This document shows positions 7,521 to 15,801 of a stretch of DNA of 32,000 nt, in pieces. The translations under genes were made by a program, and so were the position numbers. Source of the stretch: an uncultured bacterium (GTDB lineage Bacteria; Auribacterota; JACPWU01); NCBI GenBank assembly GCA_964640155.1, contig CAZXEQ010000007.1, positions 1 through 32,000 on the forward strand. Reading direction: 5' to 3'. A model generated the notes under the pieces. That model was given only the letters and a program-made list of their open reading frames with translations, was not told the origin of the DNA and made no database searches. Position 1 is the first letter of the stretch, and every line of letters starts with the position of its first letter.

Positions 7521-10500
7521 ATGGACCGATTCAAACGTTTTTTTTCTTGTCTGGTTGTATGTATTTTTTTTCTAAATGATGTTGTTTTAAACTTCGCCAA
7601 CGTGGCAATAGAAAAAACGACTCCCACTCATCGAAATGCTTCTCAAATTTCTTTAAATTCCCACTCAAGTTTACATATTCCTTCTAAGCTGGGTCAAATT
7701 ACAGAATCCTTTGAAGGAAAATCCAATCAAACCGTCATTCAAATTCAAGATGTGCATTGTCATTTTGAAGCCCAATCCAATGTTGCAAGAATTTTAGATG
7801 AAATTTTAAAAAAGCATGAAGGCCATGGTCTAGAAGTGATTAACGTTGAAGGATCCAGTGGCCTTCTGGATACCTCTCTTTTATCTTTATTCCCAGACAG
7901 CAAAATCAAAAAGTCCTTAGCTCTTTATTATTTGAAAAAGGGAAAAATCAATGGCGCGGAATTTCTCTCTATTACTAAAGATCGTCCTTTAAAGTTAAAC
8001 GGTGCGGAGAATTTAAATCTTTATTTTGAAAATTTGAAATGGTTTGATCGTTCTTTAAAATTAAGAAGAGATGCCCAGGAAACGCTTGAAAAGACAACTG
8101 AGATATTGGATCAACTAAAAGAAAAAGTTTATAACCTTGAGCTTAAAAAATATTTAACCCAGAAGAATGACTATGAAGAAAGTAAAACAGATATAGAAAC
8201 ATATTTAAATGGAGTGCAAAAACTTTCTGAAGAGAAGAACGTTAAAATCAATGATTTAGTGAATGTAGGTTTTTTTCTTAAATCTTCTAGAATGGGCCGT
8301 GAAATTCAGTTTGATAAAATTGAAGAAGAGCGAGCAAAAGTTATTGAAAAACTTTTACCAAAGCTTGATAAAAGTTCCCAGGCAGAATTTCTCACCAAAG
8401 GTTTGTATCTGAGATTGGAAAAGATTACACCTGAAGAATATTATCAGTATTTTGAGAGTTTGCTTAAGCTTGCAAATATTGAAATTAGCTCTACAGAGAA
8501 AAACTTCAATCAATATATACAATATCTCAAAGTGTTTGGTCAGATTCAAAAAGGCAAATTATTTGATGAAATGGATGAGTGGGAGAACAGGCTTAAAGAA
8601 AAATTAATGCAAAATGAAGAAGAACACAATTTAGAAAAAGCCAGCAAATATGTGAGTTTTCTTAAGAATTTTTATCATTTGGAGTTGACTAGAAAAGATC
8701 TCCAGTTTTATCAAGACAGCAAAAAGGATTTTGGTATTCATCAATTAAAAGAGATTCTTGAAAAACAAACAGTAAAATACAATATTCAGTTAGGTGAAGC
8801 ATCTCATGTTGAAAAGCTTGAAAAAGATTTGGCAGATCTAGAGGCTTTTTATAAAGCAGCTATCGCTCGTGATGCAGTGCTTGTAGAAAAGACTCTAGAG
8901 TCTTTTCAGTCGCCAGTTACAACACGCACAACGCAAGACGCACCCCGCACGACTGTCTTACTCGCTGGAGGATTTCATACTGAGGGCGTGGCGCAGAAAT
9001 TAAAAGAGAAGGGTGTTTCCTATGTTGTGATTACCCCTCGTGTGACAGAAATTCGAGCTAAAACACCTTATATTTCTGTCATGACGGATGAAAGAAGTGA
9101 ACTCGAGAATATTTTGGTGAAGGAAATATTTAAAAAACAGTCGTCGGTCGTCAGTCGACAGTCTTCAGTAAAGATAAATGAGACTGAAGGCAAATCTTCC
9201 TCACCAACTACAAATTTAAAATTCGCGACATCCAATGGTCAGTATAAACTGACAACCATCAAAAAACGAAAAACAGTCATTTCCGATACAGACTCTACCC
9301 AGCAAAATTCTAATACGGCTCTTGCAACGATGAGTTCTTCCCAAAATATAGATGCCCTAACAGCTGTTGCAGAAGTTGTAAGAGCAAGTGATCTAGATGT
9401 AGCTGCTGCTGTAGATAGAAAAGCAGAGGCGCTAAAATTGGCGATTGCAGAACAGGCTTTGGTGGCAAGGATCTCTGTTCTTTTGGCAGATCAAAGTTTC
9501 TATTTTTCAGCGAATGGTATGAGGCTTTGGGAAAATGCTGTTAGAGACTTTGCGATTCGTCAAAAAAACGTAAGAGAAATTTTATCTACAGCAAATTCGA
9601 TTCGTGTTACTGCCCAGAGACTTGGTGAAAAAATTTATTTGACTCTATCAGATTCAAATGGACAGGAAGTAGCGGGTTTCATTGTCGGTGAAAATTTTTC
9701 GAGAGAAGGACTTCTTGTTTTAGAGGGAAATTCTCTTTCGCTGCGAGATTTTCGAAAGGAGAGAAATTCTGCAAGACAGTTGGCAGAAAAAACTAAAAGT
9801 TCCTCCTCTAAGCCAACCCCATTAGGAGATGCTCCCTATAGAACTTTAGCTGGATCACGTATTGAAGCTCCTTCGAGTCCCCAATCGCGCCCAGTTTCAA
9901 GGGGAATTGGGGGAGCATATGGAAAACGTTTATGGGTTAGCGATGTGGGAGCTATGCTTATGGTTGTTGCGGCTGCTTGTGGGCCTGCTGTGGGAATGAC
10001 TACTTCACCCTCTGATGCGGATCAAGATGGCATGATTGTTCCAAAAGATGTAAAGACCACGGATGCTTCAGATGTGGATGCCTCTTTGACAGAGACTGGG
10101 GTAGATGCTGTGGAGTCTGAACCGACGATGGATGTTGGCGTTGTAGATGGGCCTGTTGCTACAGATGGTTTTTCAGGTGATACGTCTTCAATGGATGCTT
10201 TTACGGATACACGAGACGCTGGCGTGGATCGCATCGATGTAAGTTCTCTCGATGGTAGAATGGACGCAAGAATAGATGCAGTTGGCGCCGACAGTCGTTC
10301 AGATGTCGGATCAGATTCAAGAACTGATATTCCAATGGATGTTCGTATCAATCCAGCTCTTACGCTTATTGCAGTGACGGGACCCAGTGTGAGAGTTCTT
10401 CCTCACACGGTTGAGCCTGTGCCGGATAATATTTTTGAAACAGGAACTAATAGCAGTTTCTTTGGTCTTATCAGGTTAGATGGATCTATAGTTGAGACCC

Positions 10501-13500
10501 CTTCTTGTTATTTAGGTCAAATGGCAGTCGGAGGAGCTATTGCAGAAACATTACGCATATCACGAGATCTTGCAAGTGGGACTGTGGGGACGGTTACCTC
10601 GGTAGGTCAGATTAGTGATTCTTCTGATTCAAGAGTACTTGTAACTGTGTACCCAGCTCCTGATCGATCTTTGTACCATAGGTCAGATCCAGGCGGTGAA
10701 GTTAGATTGATTTTTCGTTATGAAAGTGGGTCCAACGTAGGATTTGACTTGGCTTTAGAGGATAGAAGCCGTGTTGTATATGTCGTGCGGGATGTCAGGC
10801 CGACTTCCAGTAGAGAAGGTTCAATGTACCGACTTCGTTTTACAGGGCTACCCTCGTCTGCTCGATTAACCCGAGTCCAATATCAAATGAGAGGTACGGC
10901 TGTTTCGGCTTCCACACTTCTTAGGCCCGTTAGTTTAAGTTGGTATGGTTTTATGACAGATTTGGGTATACCCGGGGTGTTAGCAAGATTGTACACACCC
11001 AGTGACAGGCAGCCTGCTACTTTGGTTAGCTCAAGTGCAAGGGTCGCAGTTCTTTCACCTGTTCCTGCAGGAATGCCTTTAGGAAATGTAACGCTTCGGT
11101 CAAAGCCAGTTTTAGTGTCATCAAATGCTTCGGGGCAGCAATCGGTTACAGAAAGAAGAAGTGCCAAAAGTGCAAAAACAGTTTTAGATGTTTTCAGGGC
11201 TAAAGGACTTGGGAATTTGTTACGTCTTCTTGTTGCTTGTATGTTTTTTGCTGTTATGGGTTGTTCAAGTCAGTCACCCGGTGGACCCATTCTTGACCAA
11301 GATGCGGATCAAGACGTGATAGAAATCCCAGACGGGGATGCGTCTGTACCTCGCACAGATGCCGCCGACGCTGCTATTGATGGCCAAACGCCTGTGGATG
11401 TATCGCCGCGAGATGTGAGCGTGGATGTTGTCCCTAGTTCTAGTACGGTTGCAATGGCAAACATGGGGGGTGATGCTCCAACTATTTTTCTTGGAGTTAG
11501 CTTATTAGACCCTGTGACATCGGGAACAGGGACATTTATTGGTCAATATGAAATTGATACCCAGCTTATGACGATGGAAGTGCATCTTGGAGCAAATGAC
11601 TATCCAGCGAACGATTCTGAATGGCTAGAAATGTACAAGCGTTGGAGAAGAAGAATCCTTATAGGGGGTCATTTGGGTCCTGATGGTTCTATTGAAGTTG
11701 AGATGCGCGTTGATAATCCGAGAGCAAGACAAGCAATTGCAGCTCATATTGCAGCAGGACGCAATTTCATATTTGGTTTGGACGCCCTCTGGAATTCTGC
11801 GGGCGGAACCGTAGAGGCTATCAATGGGGCCATGCTGGTTTTTACAGATGCAGCTGGAAGAGTGGTTAAGACAATTAATGCCACAGAAAGTGATGGACGA
11901 CGTCAAGATTTTGGAAAAATTGTTTTCCCAGCCTCTGAATTCAACGGAATAGACTTTAATAGTATGTCAAGTGTAAAATTTGTTTTGCGTCGTGACCATG
12001 TAGGTTCCAATGGAGATTTTTCGATTGCTTTAGACCCTGGTTTTTATGGAGTTCCTTATTATGCAACATCCAATCGTGAAGGCCGTATTTTACCTTTTAC
12101 GATTACAACGCTTGATAGAGATATTCCAGGAAGACCCGATTATTATCCTGTAGGAACGCCCACTTTTCGGGGAGGGGTACTCAATACGACTGTTCGTACA
12201 GATGATGCGGCGTTTAGAAGAGAGGGGCGCTTAACGGTTGTTGCTAGGGGACAATCCCTGGATACGCTACCTTTTACTCCAACAGTCGATTTTCCAGCTT
12301 TGTCTGGAACGTTTGATCTGGTGACTTCAGCCAACCCCAATGGACTTGTTCATATTGCTGTTATGGCTCCTCAGGCAAGAGAAGGTGTTAGATTAGCTTT
12401 TCAAAATCTAGCTTCTACAGTTTTCTCTTATGTTTATGTTACTCCAGAATATGGCGGGGGTGCAGGTGGTATGCCAACTGTAGGGACTAACACTGCTACG
12501 TATCGCTATTTTGCTTTTCCGGCGGACACATTAGTTCGTAGAGGATCGTCACCTACAGAAACGGGAGTGAATCCTGCTGCGGTTACAGGAATGAGAGTTG
12601 GGTTAAACCTTTTATCGACTATGGATCGCAATATAGTAATAGGATTTGATGGTCCTTTCCGAGTTGGTCCCACCGCTTTGGGAAGAGGTAAAACGCGTCA
12701 ACAGAGAGCGGCACGAAAAGTGGCTCAAGGACATGAAAGGGTAGAGGTGGAACCTACAGTTGTAGGTAAGGGAAAAATTGAAAATGGTTCTTATGCAGAA
12801 GAAAGTGGGATAGGGAATAAGCATGCAAATCGGATGCAGCGGGCTTTGGCTAGGGCCATCAAAGAGAATTCTACACTTGCTAATGTGAACATGCTCGTAG
12901 AGTTCTACTCAGATTTAGATACAGATGCTGAGGTTCATTCTAACCATGTGCGATTTCGTGCAGGGGCTTTTGATGATGATGGTCTGGCTACTCCCTGGCA
13001 AGAGGGGACTGTCGACTTTATGCTTGCATTTAAAATTCGCCATGAATTAACACCGCATGATACTAAGTGGGGTGAAATTCTTCCCATGATGGGCGATTTA
13101 AGATTTTTTTACAATGCTACGCTTAAAGAAAAAAGAGAGTTTATTGAACGAGCTGGGAAAGATCCCTATGCGCGATTTATTTTAGAAAATTACAATAAAT
13201 CTTTTGATGAACAGTTAACTGCGGTTATTGGGTTTATCTTGGTGGATGAAAGTCTTCCTAAAGAAGAAAGAATATATCCTCCAGATCAAATTGCTAAAGC
13301 GAAACAATTTAAAAAGCTTCGTACACAACATGCGCAAGTGACCGAACTTCAAGAAAAATTATCTGCTTACCAAGTACATGCAACAGCTGCTGGAGAAGTA
13401 CAGATGGTCACTGGCTTTTTGGAATTAGGAAAGCTTACGGAGTTCTCGACAGGCTCGAACAGTAATACAGGTTTTTCTTCGAGAGAGGCTGAAGGCCGAG

Positions 13501-15263
13501 TCGAGAAGTCCCTTGGACAAAGAATTGTAGGAGCACTTTCTAGAATTATTCCAGTTTTTGCTGAGCCTATTGGTGGCGATCAGCTTAAAAAGCTTTTAAA
13601 AGCTGCATTAAGACAACTCGCCAATGATGTTGTTTCAGATGATGAAGCTTTGTTGAAAGCAATTGATGAGGCTATTGATCTTATTGCAACAAGAGGAGTG
13701 ACATTGGATCAATTGAATGAAAAAGTAACTGCGATTGTTGCAGCACGTCTGGCACAAGAAGATCAAAGAAATTCAGATGTTGGGCGTGTTCGAAAGGCCG
13801 CACATTTTATGCATAATGGAATCTTGGCGTCTTTACTTCAAATGGCGGATTTTTTAAGAGGAGGGAGAGTATCTCCAGTTTCTGTCTATAGACTAGTTGA
13901 AGAATATCGAAAAAGTTCTGGCGCGCTTGACGGGCAAAAAGGTCAGGCAACTTTGGAAAATTTGATGGCAACTCTTCCAGAAATATCAAGAACAGATGGG
14001 GCCCAAGTGACATATTATGCGGATAAGCGATCGAGAGATTTTCTGGGTTACTTGATTCGAGATTTAAATGAGTATTTTGTCTTTTTGGCAAAAGTATCTG
14101 AGGATACTAGGAACGGGCTCGGAAAGCTTGAAGCAAATCTTGGCTATTACAGTGCGGCCTCGGATTCGAAGTTGAAAAACCTTCTTTTGCAAACGCAAGC
14201 GCGTGTGATTGAAATTACTGAGGAAGGTGCAATCAAAATTGGATCTGAAATAATAGCTATTGAAGGGGCGTCTGAAAAGTTAGCCTCTTTGAGGGAAAAA
14301 TCTGGAGTCAGATACATTGATCTGGTTTCACAAGGAGTTGTGAGTCCTCAGAGATTTGCAAGAATTTTAGATGAGTTGTTGGCCTGGCCTTCACCTGCCC
14401 ATGGGGATGAAAAAATTATCACAGGTTTTTCAGATGAACATGCTGTTGAAATGAGAAAAGAAGGGGATTCAATTCGTGTGCGAGTGATCCCAGAAATTAA
14501 TTTTGTCGAGCGTTATCAAACCCGAGTTGGTGCCTTACAAGCTCAGTATCGAGAACGCACAGAACCCCAATTTCAAGTGTGGGGAGGAGAGACGCTTAAG
14601 CTTAGAGTCGCGCGTGATGCAAGCGGCCAACCTATTCGTGAAGGCGGAAAAGTAAAAGTGGTTGCAGATGCCCAGAGTTTTGCTGAGTTTTACCGTGCTT
14701 TTGGTAGTCTTAAAAATAGGAGTGATATCTTTGCTATTAATGTGATTATTTCTTTTATATTAGAAGAAGGAATTAGTCCTAGTGAGGTTGACGAAGATGC
14801 TGTTCTTAAATCTATTTTAGATGATTTGGGATATGCTCAAGCCAAAACAAATAGAAATGTAAAAGTTTTGCTCCATTCTTATGGATCACAGAATCTTGCT
14901 CGGGAAGCTTTAGTGGCGATAGTAAATTCTTTTTACTTGGGAATGGAAGAGATTTTCAATTCCTCCAAACAGGTTTTTTTTATCTTAAGTGAAGCAGAAG
15001 CCAAAAATTATGGAGATTTGAAGGATCTTGTGTATACGATTCTTACAGGTTCATTAGATGCCAAGAGTGCGTATCTTTTGGCTGAGCAATTGGCATCAGG
15101 AGGGGTGTTAGAAGAAGGTTCAGAACTTTACAATCTTTTAAGAAAAGCAGATCCTGAAACCTTGGCAGCATTGAATGATCATAAAACTTCATCTCTAAAA
15201 GAATCATTTGAATCTCTAGAACTTGGCATGAGATCTCACAAAGCTGTAGAGAGCATGGCGTAG
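7521..15263 (+). CDS. Very large (~2580 aa) membrane-anchored protein of unknown function with mosaic composition
   Basis: This is the track ORF 7500-15263. I prefer the ATG at 7521 because GGGGG (7508-7512) lies 8 nt upstream, whereas the GTG at 7500 has no Shine-Dalgarno. The N-terminus MDRFKRFFSCLVVCIFFLNDVVLNFANVA is a basic-then-hydrophobic anchor. The stop is TAG at 15261-15263. I found no convincing whole-protein family match from memory. Confidence 0.85.
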   Translation: MDRFKRFFSCLVVCIFFLNDVVLNFANVAIEKTTPTHRNASQISLNSHSSLHIPSKLGQITESFEGKSNQTVIQIQDVHCHFEAQSNVARILDEILKKHEGHGLEVINVEGSSGLLDTSLLSLFPDSKIKKSLALYYLKKGKINGAEFLSITKDRPLKLNGAENLNLYFENLKWFDRSLKLRRDAQETLEKTTEILDQLKEKVYNLELKKYLTQKNDYEESKTDIETYLNGVQKLSEEKNVKINDLVNVGFFLKSSRMGREIQFDKIEEERAKVIEKLLPKLDKSSQAEFLTKGLYLRLEKITPEEYYQYFESLLKLANIEISSTEKNFNQYIQYLKVFGQIQKGKLFDEMDEWENRLKEKLMQNEEEHNLEKASKYVSFLKNFYHLELTRKDLQFYQDSKKDFGIHQLKEILEKQTVKYNIQLGEASHVEKLEKDLADLEAFYKAAIARDAVLVEKTLESFQSPVTTRTTQDAPRTTVLLAGGFHTEGVAQKLKEKGVSYVVITPRVTEIRAKTPYISVMTDERSELENILVKEIFKKQSSVVSRQSSVKINETEGKSSSPTTNLKFATSNGQYKLTTIKKRKTVISDTDSTQQNSNTALATMSSSQNIDALTAVAEVVRASDLDVAAAVDRKAEALKLAIAEQALVARISVLLADQSFYFSANGMRLWENAVRDFAIRQKNVREILSTANSIRVTAQRLGEKIYLTLSDSNGQEVAGFIVGENFSREGLLVLEGNSLSLRDFRKERNSARQLAEKTKSSSSKPTPLGDAPYRTLAGSRIEAPSSPQSRPVSRGIGGAYGKRLWVSDVGAMLMVVAAACGPAVGMTTSPSDADQDGMIVPKDVKTTDASDVDASLTETGVDAVESEPTMDVGVVDGPVATDGFSGDTSSMDAFTDTRDAGVDRIDVSSLDGRMDARIDAVGADSRSDVGSDSRTDIPMDVRINPALTLIAVTGPSVRVLPHTVEPVPDNIFETGTNSSFFGLIRLDGSIVETPSCYLGQMAVGGAIAETLRISRDLASGTVGTVTSVGQISDSSDSRVLVTVYPAPDRSLYHRSDPGGEVRLIFRYESGSNVGFDLALEDRSRVVYVVRDVRPTSSREGSMYRLRFTGLPSSARLTRVQYQMRGTAVSASTLLRPVSLSWYGFMTDLGIPGVLARLYTPSDRQPATLVSSSARVAVLSPVPAGMPLGNVTLRSKPVLVSSNASGQQSVTERRSAKSAKTVLDVFRAKGLGNLLRLLVACMFFAVMGCSSQSPGGPILDQDADQDVIEIPDGDASVPRTDAADAAIDGQTPVDVSPRDVSVDVVPSSSTVAMANMGGDAPTIFLGVSLLDPVTSGTGTFIGQYEIDTQLMTMEVHLGANDYPANDSEWLEMYKRWRRRILIGGHLGPDGSIEVEMRVDNPRARQAIAAHIAAGRNFIFGLDALWNSAGGTVEAINGAMLVFTDAAGRVVKTINATESDGRRQDFGKIVFPASEFNGIDFNSMSSVKFVLRRDHVGSNGDFSIALDPGFYGVPYYATSNREGRILPFTITTLDRDIPGRPDYYPVGTPTFRGGVLNTTVRTDDAAFRREGRLTVVARGQSLDTLPFTPTVDFPALSGTFDLVTSANPNGLVHIAVMAPQAREGVRLAFQNLASTVFSYVYVTPEYGGGAGGMPTVGTNTATYRYFAFPADTLVRRGSSPTETGVNPAAVTGMRVGLNLLSTMDRNIVIGFDGPFRVGPTALGRGKTRQQRAARKVAQGHERVEVEPTVVGKGKIENGSYAEESGIGNKHANRMQRALARAIKENSTLANVNMLVEFYSDLDTDAEVHSNHVRFRAGAFDDDGLATPWQEGTVDFMLAFKIRHELTPHDTKWGEILPMMGDLRFFYNATLKEKREFIERAGKDPYARFILENYNKSFDEQLTAVIGFILVDESLPKEERIYPPDQIAKAKQFKKLRTQHAQVTELQEKLSAYQVHATAAGEVQMVTGFLELGKLTEFSTGSNSNTGFSSREAEGRVEKSLGQRIVGALSRIIPVFAEPIGGDQLKKLLKAALRQLANDVVSDDEALLKAIDEAIDLIATRGVTLDQLNEKVTAIVAARLAQEDQRNSDVGRVRKAAHFMHNGILASLLQMADFLRGGRVSPVSVYRLVEEYRKSSGALDGQKGQATLENLMATLPEISRTDGAQVTYYADKRSRDFLGYLIRDLNEYFVFLAKVSEDTRNGLGKLEANLGYYSAASDSKLKNLLLQTQARVIEITEEGAIKIGSEIIAIEGASEKLASLREKSGVRYIDLVSQGVVSPQRFARILDELLAWPSPAHGDEKIITGFSDEHAVEMRKEGDSIRVRVIPEINFVERYQTRVGALQAQYRERTEPQFQVWGGETLKLRVARDASGQPIREGGKVKVVADAQSFAEFYRAFGSLKNRSDIFAINVIISFILEEGISPSEVDEDAVLKSILDDLGYAQAKTNRNVKVLLHSYGSQNLAREALVAIVNSFYLGMEEIFNSSKQVFFILSEAEAKNYGDLKDLVYTILTGSLDAKSAYLLAEQLASGGVLEEGSELYNLLRKADPETLAALNDHKTSSLKESFESLELGMRSHKAVESMA
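7740..8990 (+). other. Possible TIKI/TraB/ChaN/EreA-like fold split by a long Lys/Glu-rich helical insertion
   Basis: Motif 1 is VIQIQDVHCHFEAQ (7740-7775), followed by EVINVEGSSG. Motif 2 is TVLLAGGFHTEGV (8955-8987). This resembles the strand-H / E / GxxH signature of that superfamily. About 380 aa of K/E/L-rich, helix-like sequence lies between the motifs. This is a motif-level resemblance only. Confidence 0.3.
9921..9980 (+). other. Internal lipoprotein-signal-peptide-like segment 1 (GKRLWVSDVGAMLMVVAAA|C), followed by DADQD and an Asp-rich linker
   Basis: Codon-by-codon read: KR at 9924-9929, hydrophobic core at 9951-9977, Cys codon at 9978-9980, and DADQDG at about 10014-10031. Confidence 0.45.
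11196..11273 (+). other. Internal lipoprotein-signal-peptide-like segment 2 (RAKGLGNLLRLLVACMFFAVMG|CSSQS), followed by DQDADQD and an Asp-rich linker
   Basis: There is a basic n-region, the hydrophobic core LLVACMFFAVM, and the lipobox-like VMGC with its Cys codon at 11262-11264. An in-frame TTG at 11217 lies 9 nt after AAAGGA (11202-11207). Confidence 0.55.
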
Positions 15264-15272
15264 TTAAAGTTT

Positions 15273-15327
15273 GTCCCACAGGGACTGCAACCCCAAAGGG
15301 GCTATGCTAAAGCACTGCAAAAGCCCC
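15273..15327 (+). terminator. Cluster of short GC hairpins just after the stop codon; weak terminator candidate
   Basis: Three stems are present: GTCCC-aca-GGGAC (15273-15285), CCCC-aaa-GGGG (15291-15301), and GGGGC...GCCCC (15298-15302 with 15323-15327). There is no clean U-tract; only tgtaaaatctt follows. Confidence 0.25.
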
Positions 15328-15355
15328 TGTAAAATCTTGAGGCTTGTAACAACAT

Positions 15356-15411
15356 GGCAATCTCGTCTGAACTTAAAAGTTAGATTGCTTCGGGGCAGCG
15401 TTCCTCGCAAT
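15356..15411. repeat. Small palindromic intergenic element (GCAATCT...AGATTGC TTCGGGGCAGCGTTCCTC GCAAT)
   Basis: GCAATCT (about 15356-15362) is the reverse complement of AGATTGC (15382-15388). ATTGC (15384-15388) pairs with GCAAT (15407-15411). One frame reads DCFGAAFLAMT, which resembles the spurious peptides I recall from a widely dispersed bacterial palindromic repeat. Confidence 0.3.
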
Positions 15412-15525
15412 GACTACTTTTTGGACAGCCTCTTCTAATGACAAATCCTTGGTTTGTAGAGTTCGATCTTAAATAATGGCATTCTTTTGTTTAACAGAGG
15501 GAGAAAAATATCAAAAATCATTCCC

Positions 15526-15554
15526 TTGACCCTGCCTGTTCAAGATGGTACAAA
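15526..15554 (+). promoter_or_regulatory. Weak candidate promoter upstream of the giant YD-repeat gene
   Basis: TTGACC (15526-15531), a 17-nt spacer, then TACAAA (15549-15554). Confidence 0.2.
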
Positions 15555-15653
15555 TAAGCGGTTGGTGCTGTATTTTGAGAAGCATTGTAAGCTCTTTATT
15601 TAGAAGTTGTTGCATGATTTTATCCGATTACCCTATAAAGAAACCTAGCTTCC

Positions 15654-15682
15654 TTGACAGGAGGCATTTTTTATGGTATCTT
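15654..15682 (+). promoter_or_regulatory. Candidate sigma70-type promoter upstream of the giant YD-repeat gene (overlaps an SD-plus-mini-ORF reading)
   Basis: TTGACA (15654-15659), a 17-nt spacer, then TATCTT (15677-15682), about 115 nt upstream of the ATG at 15802. Confidence 0.3.
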
Positions 15683-15801
15683 TGAAGTGAGGTTGATGGT
15701 TGTAGAAGATACTCTATAGGCCAAGCAAGCATTAATCTCCTAAGTGAGAATTCCGAAAGTTTCTTCATTAAGCATTGGGGCTAATAACGGAGTCACAGAG
15801 A

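Noticed and set aside
9139-9170. The GTCG-rich quasi-palindromic stretch (cagtcgtcggtcgtcagtcgacagtc) as a possible regulatory or recombination site.
   Set aside because: It is in frame and simply encodes a Ser/Val/Arg-rich linker (QSSVVSRQSS). It has no second copy in the window.
13041-13058. HELTPH as a zinc-metalloprotease motif in the middle giant protein.
   Set aside because: The motif is HExxxH, not HExxH. A single short motif without a third ligand or family context is not evidence, so I only flag it for a profile search.
8355-15279. Minus-strand track ORFs inside the middle giant ORF (8355-8549, 10022-10351, 10883-11167, 11625-11906, 12143-12340, 12612-12824, 13807-14091, 15043-15279).
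   Set aside because: These are antisense shadows. They are longest in the GC-rich block, where stop codons are rare by composition, and they have no start context or recognisable motifs.
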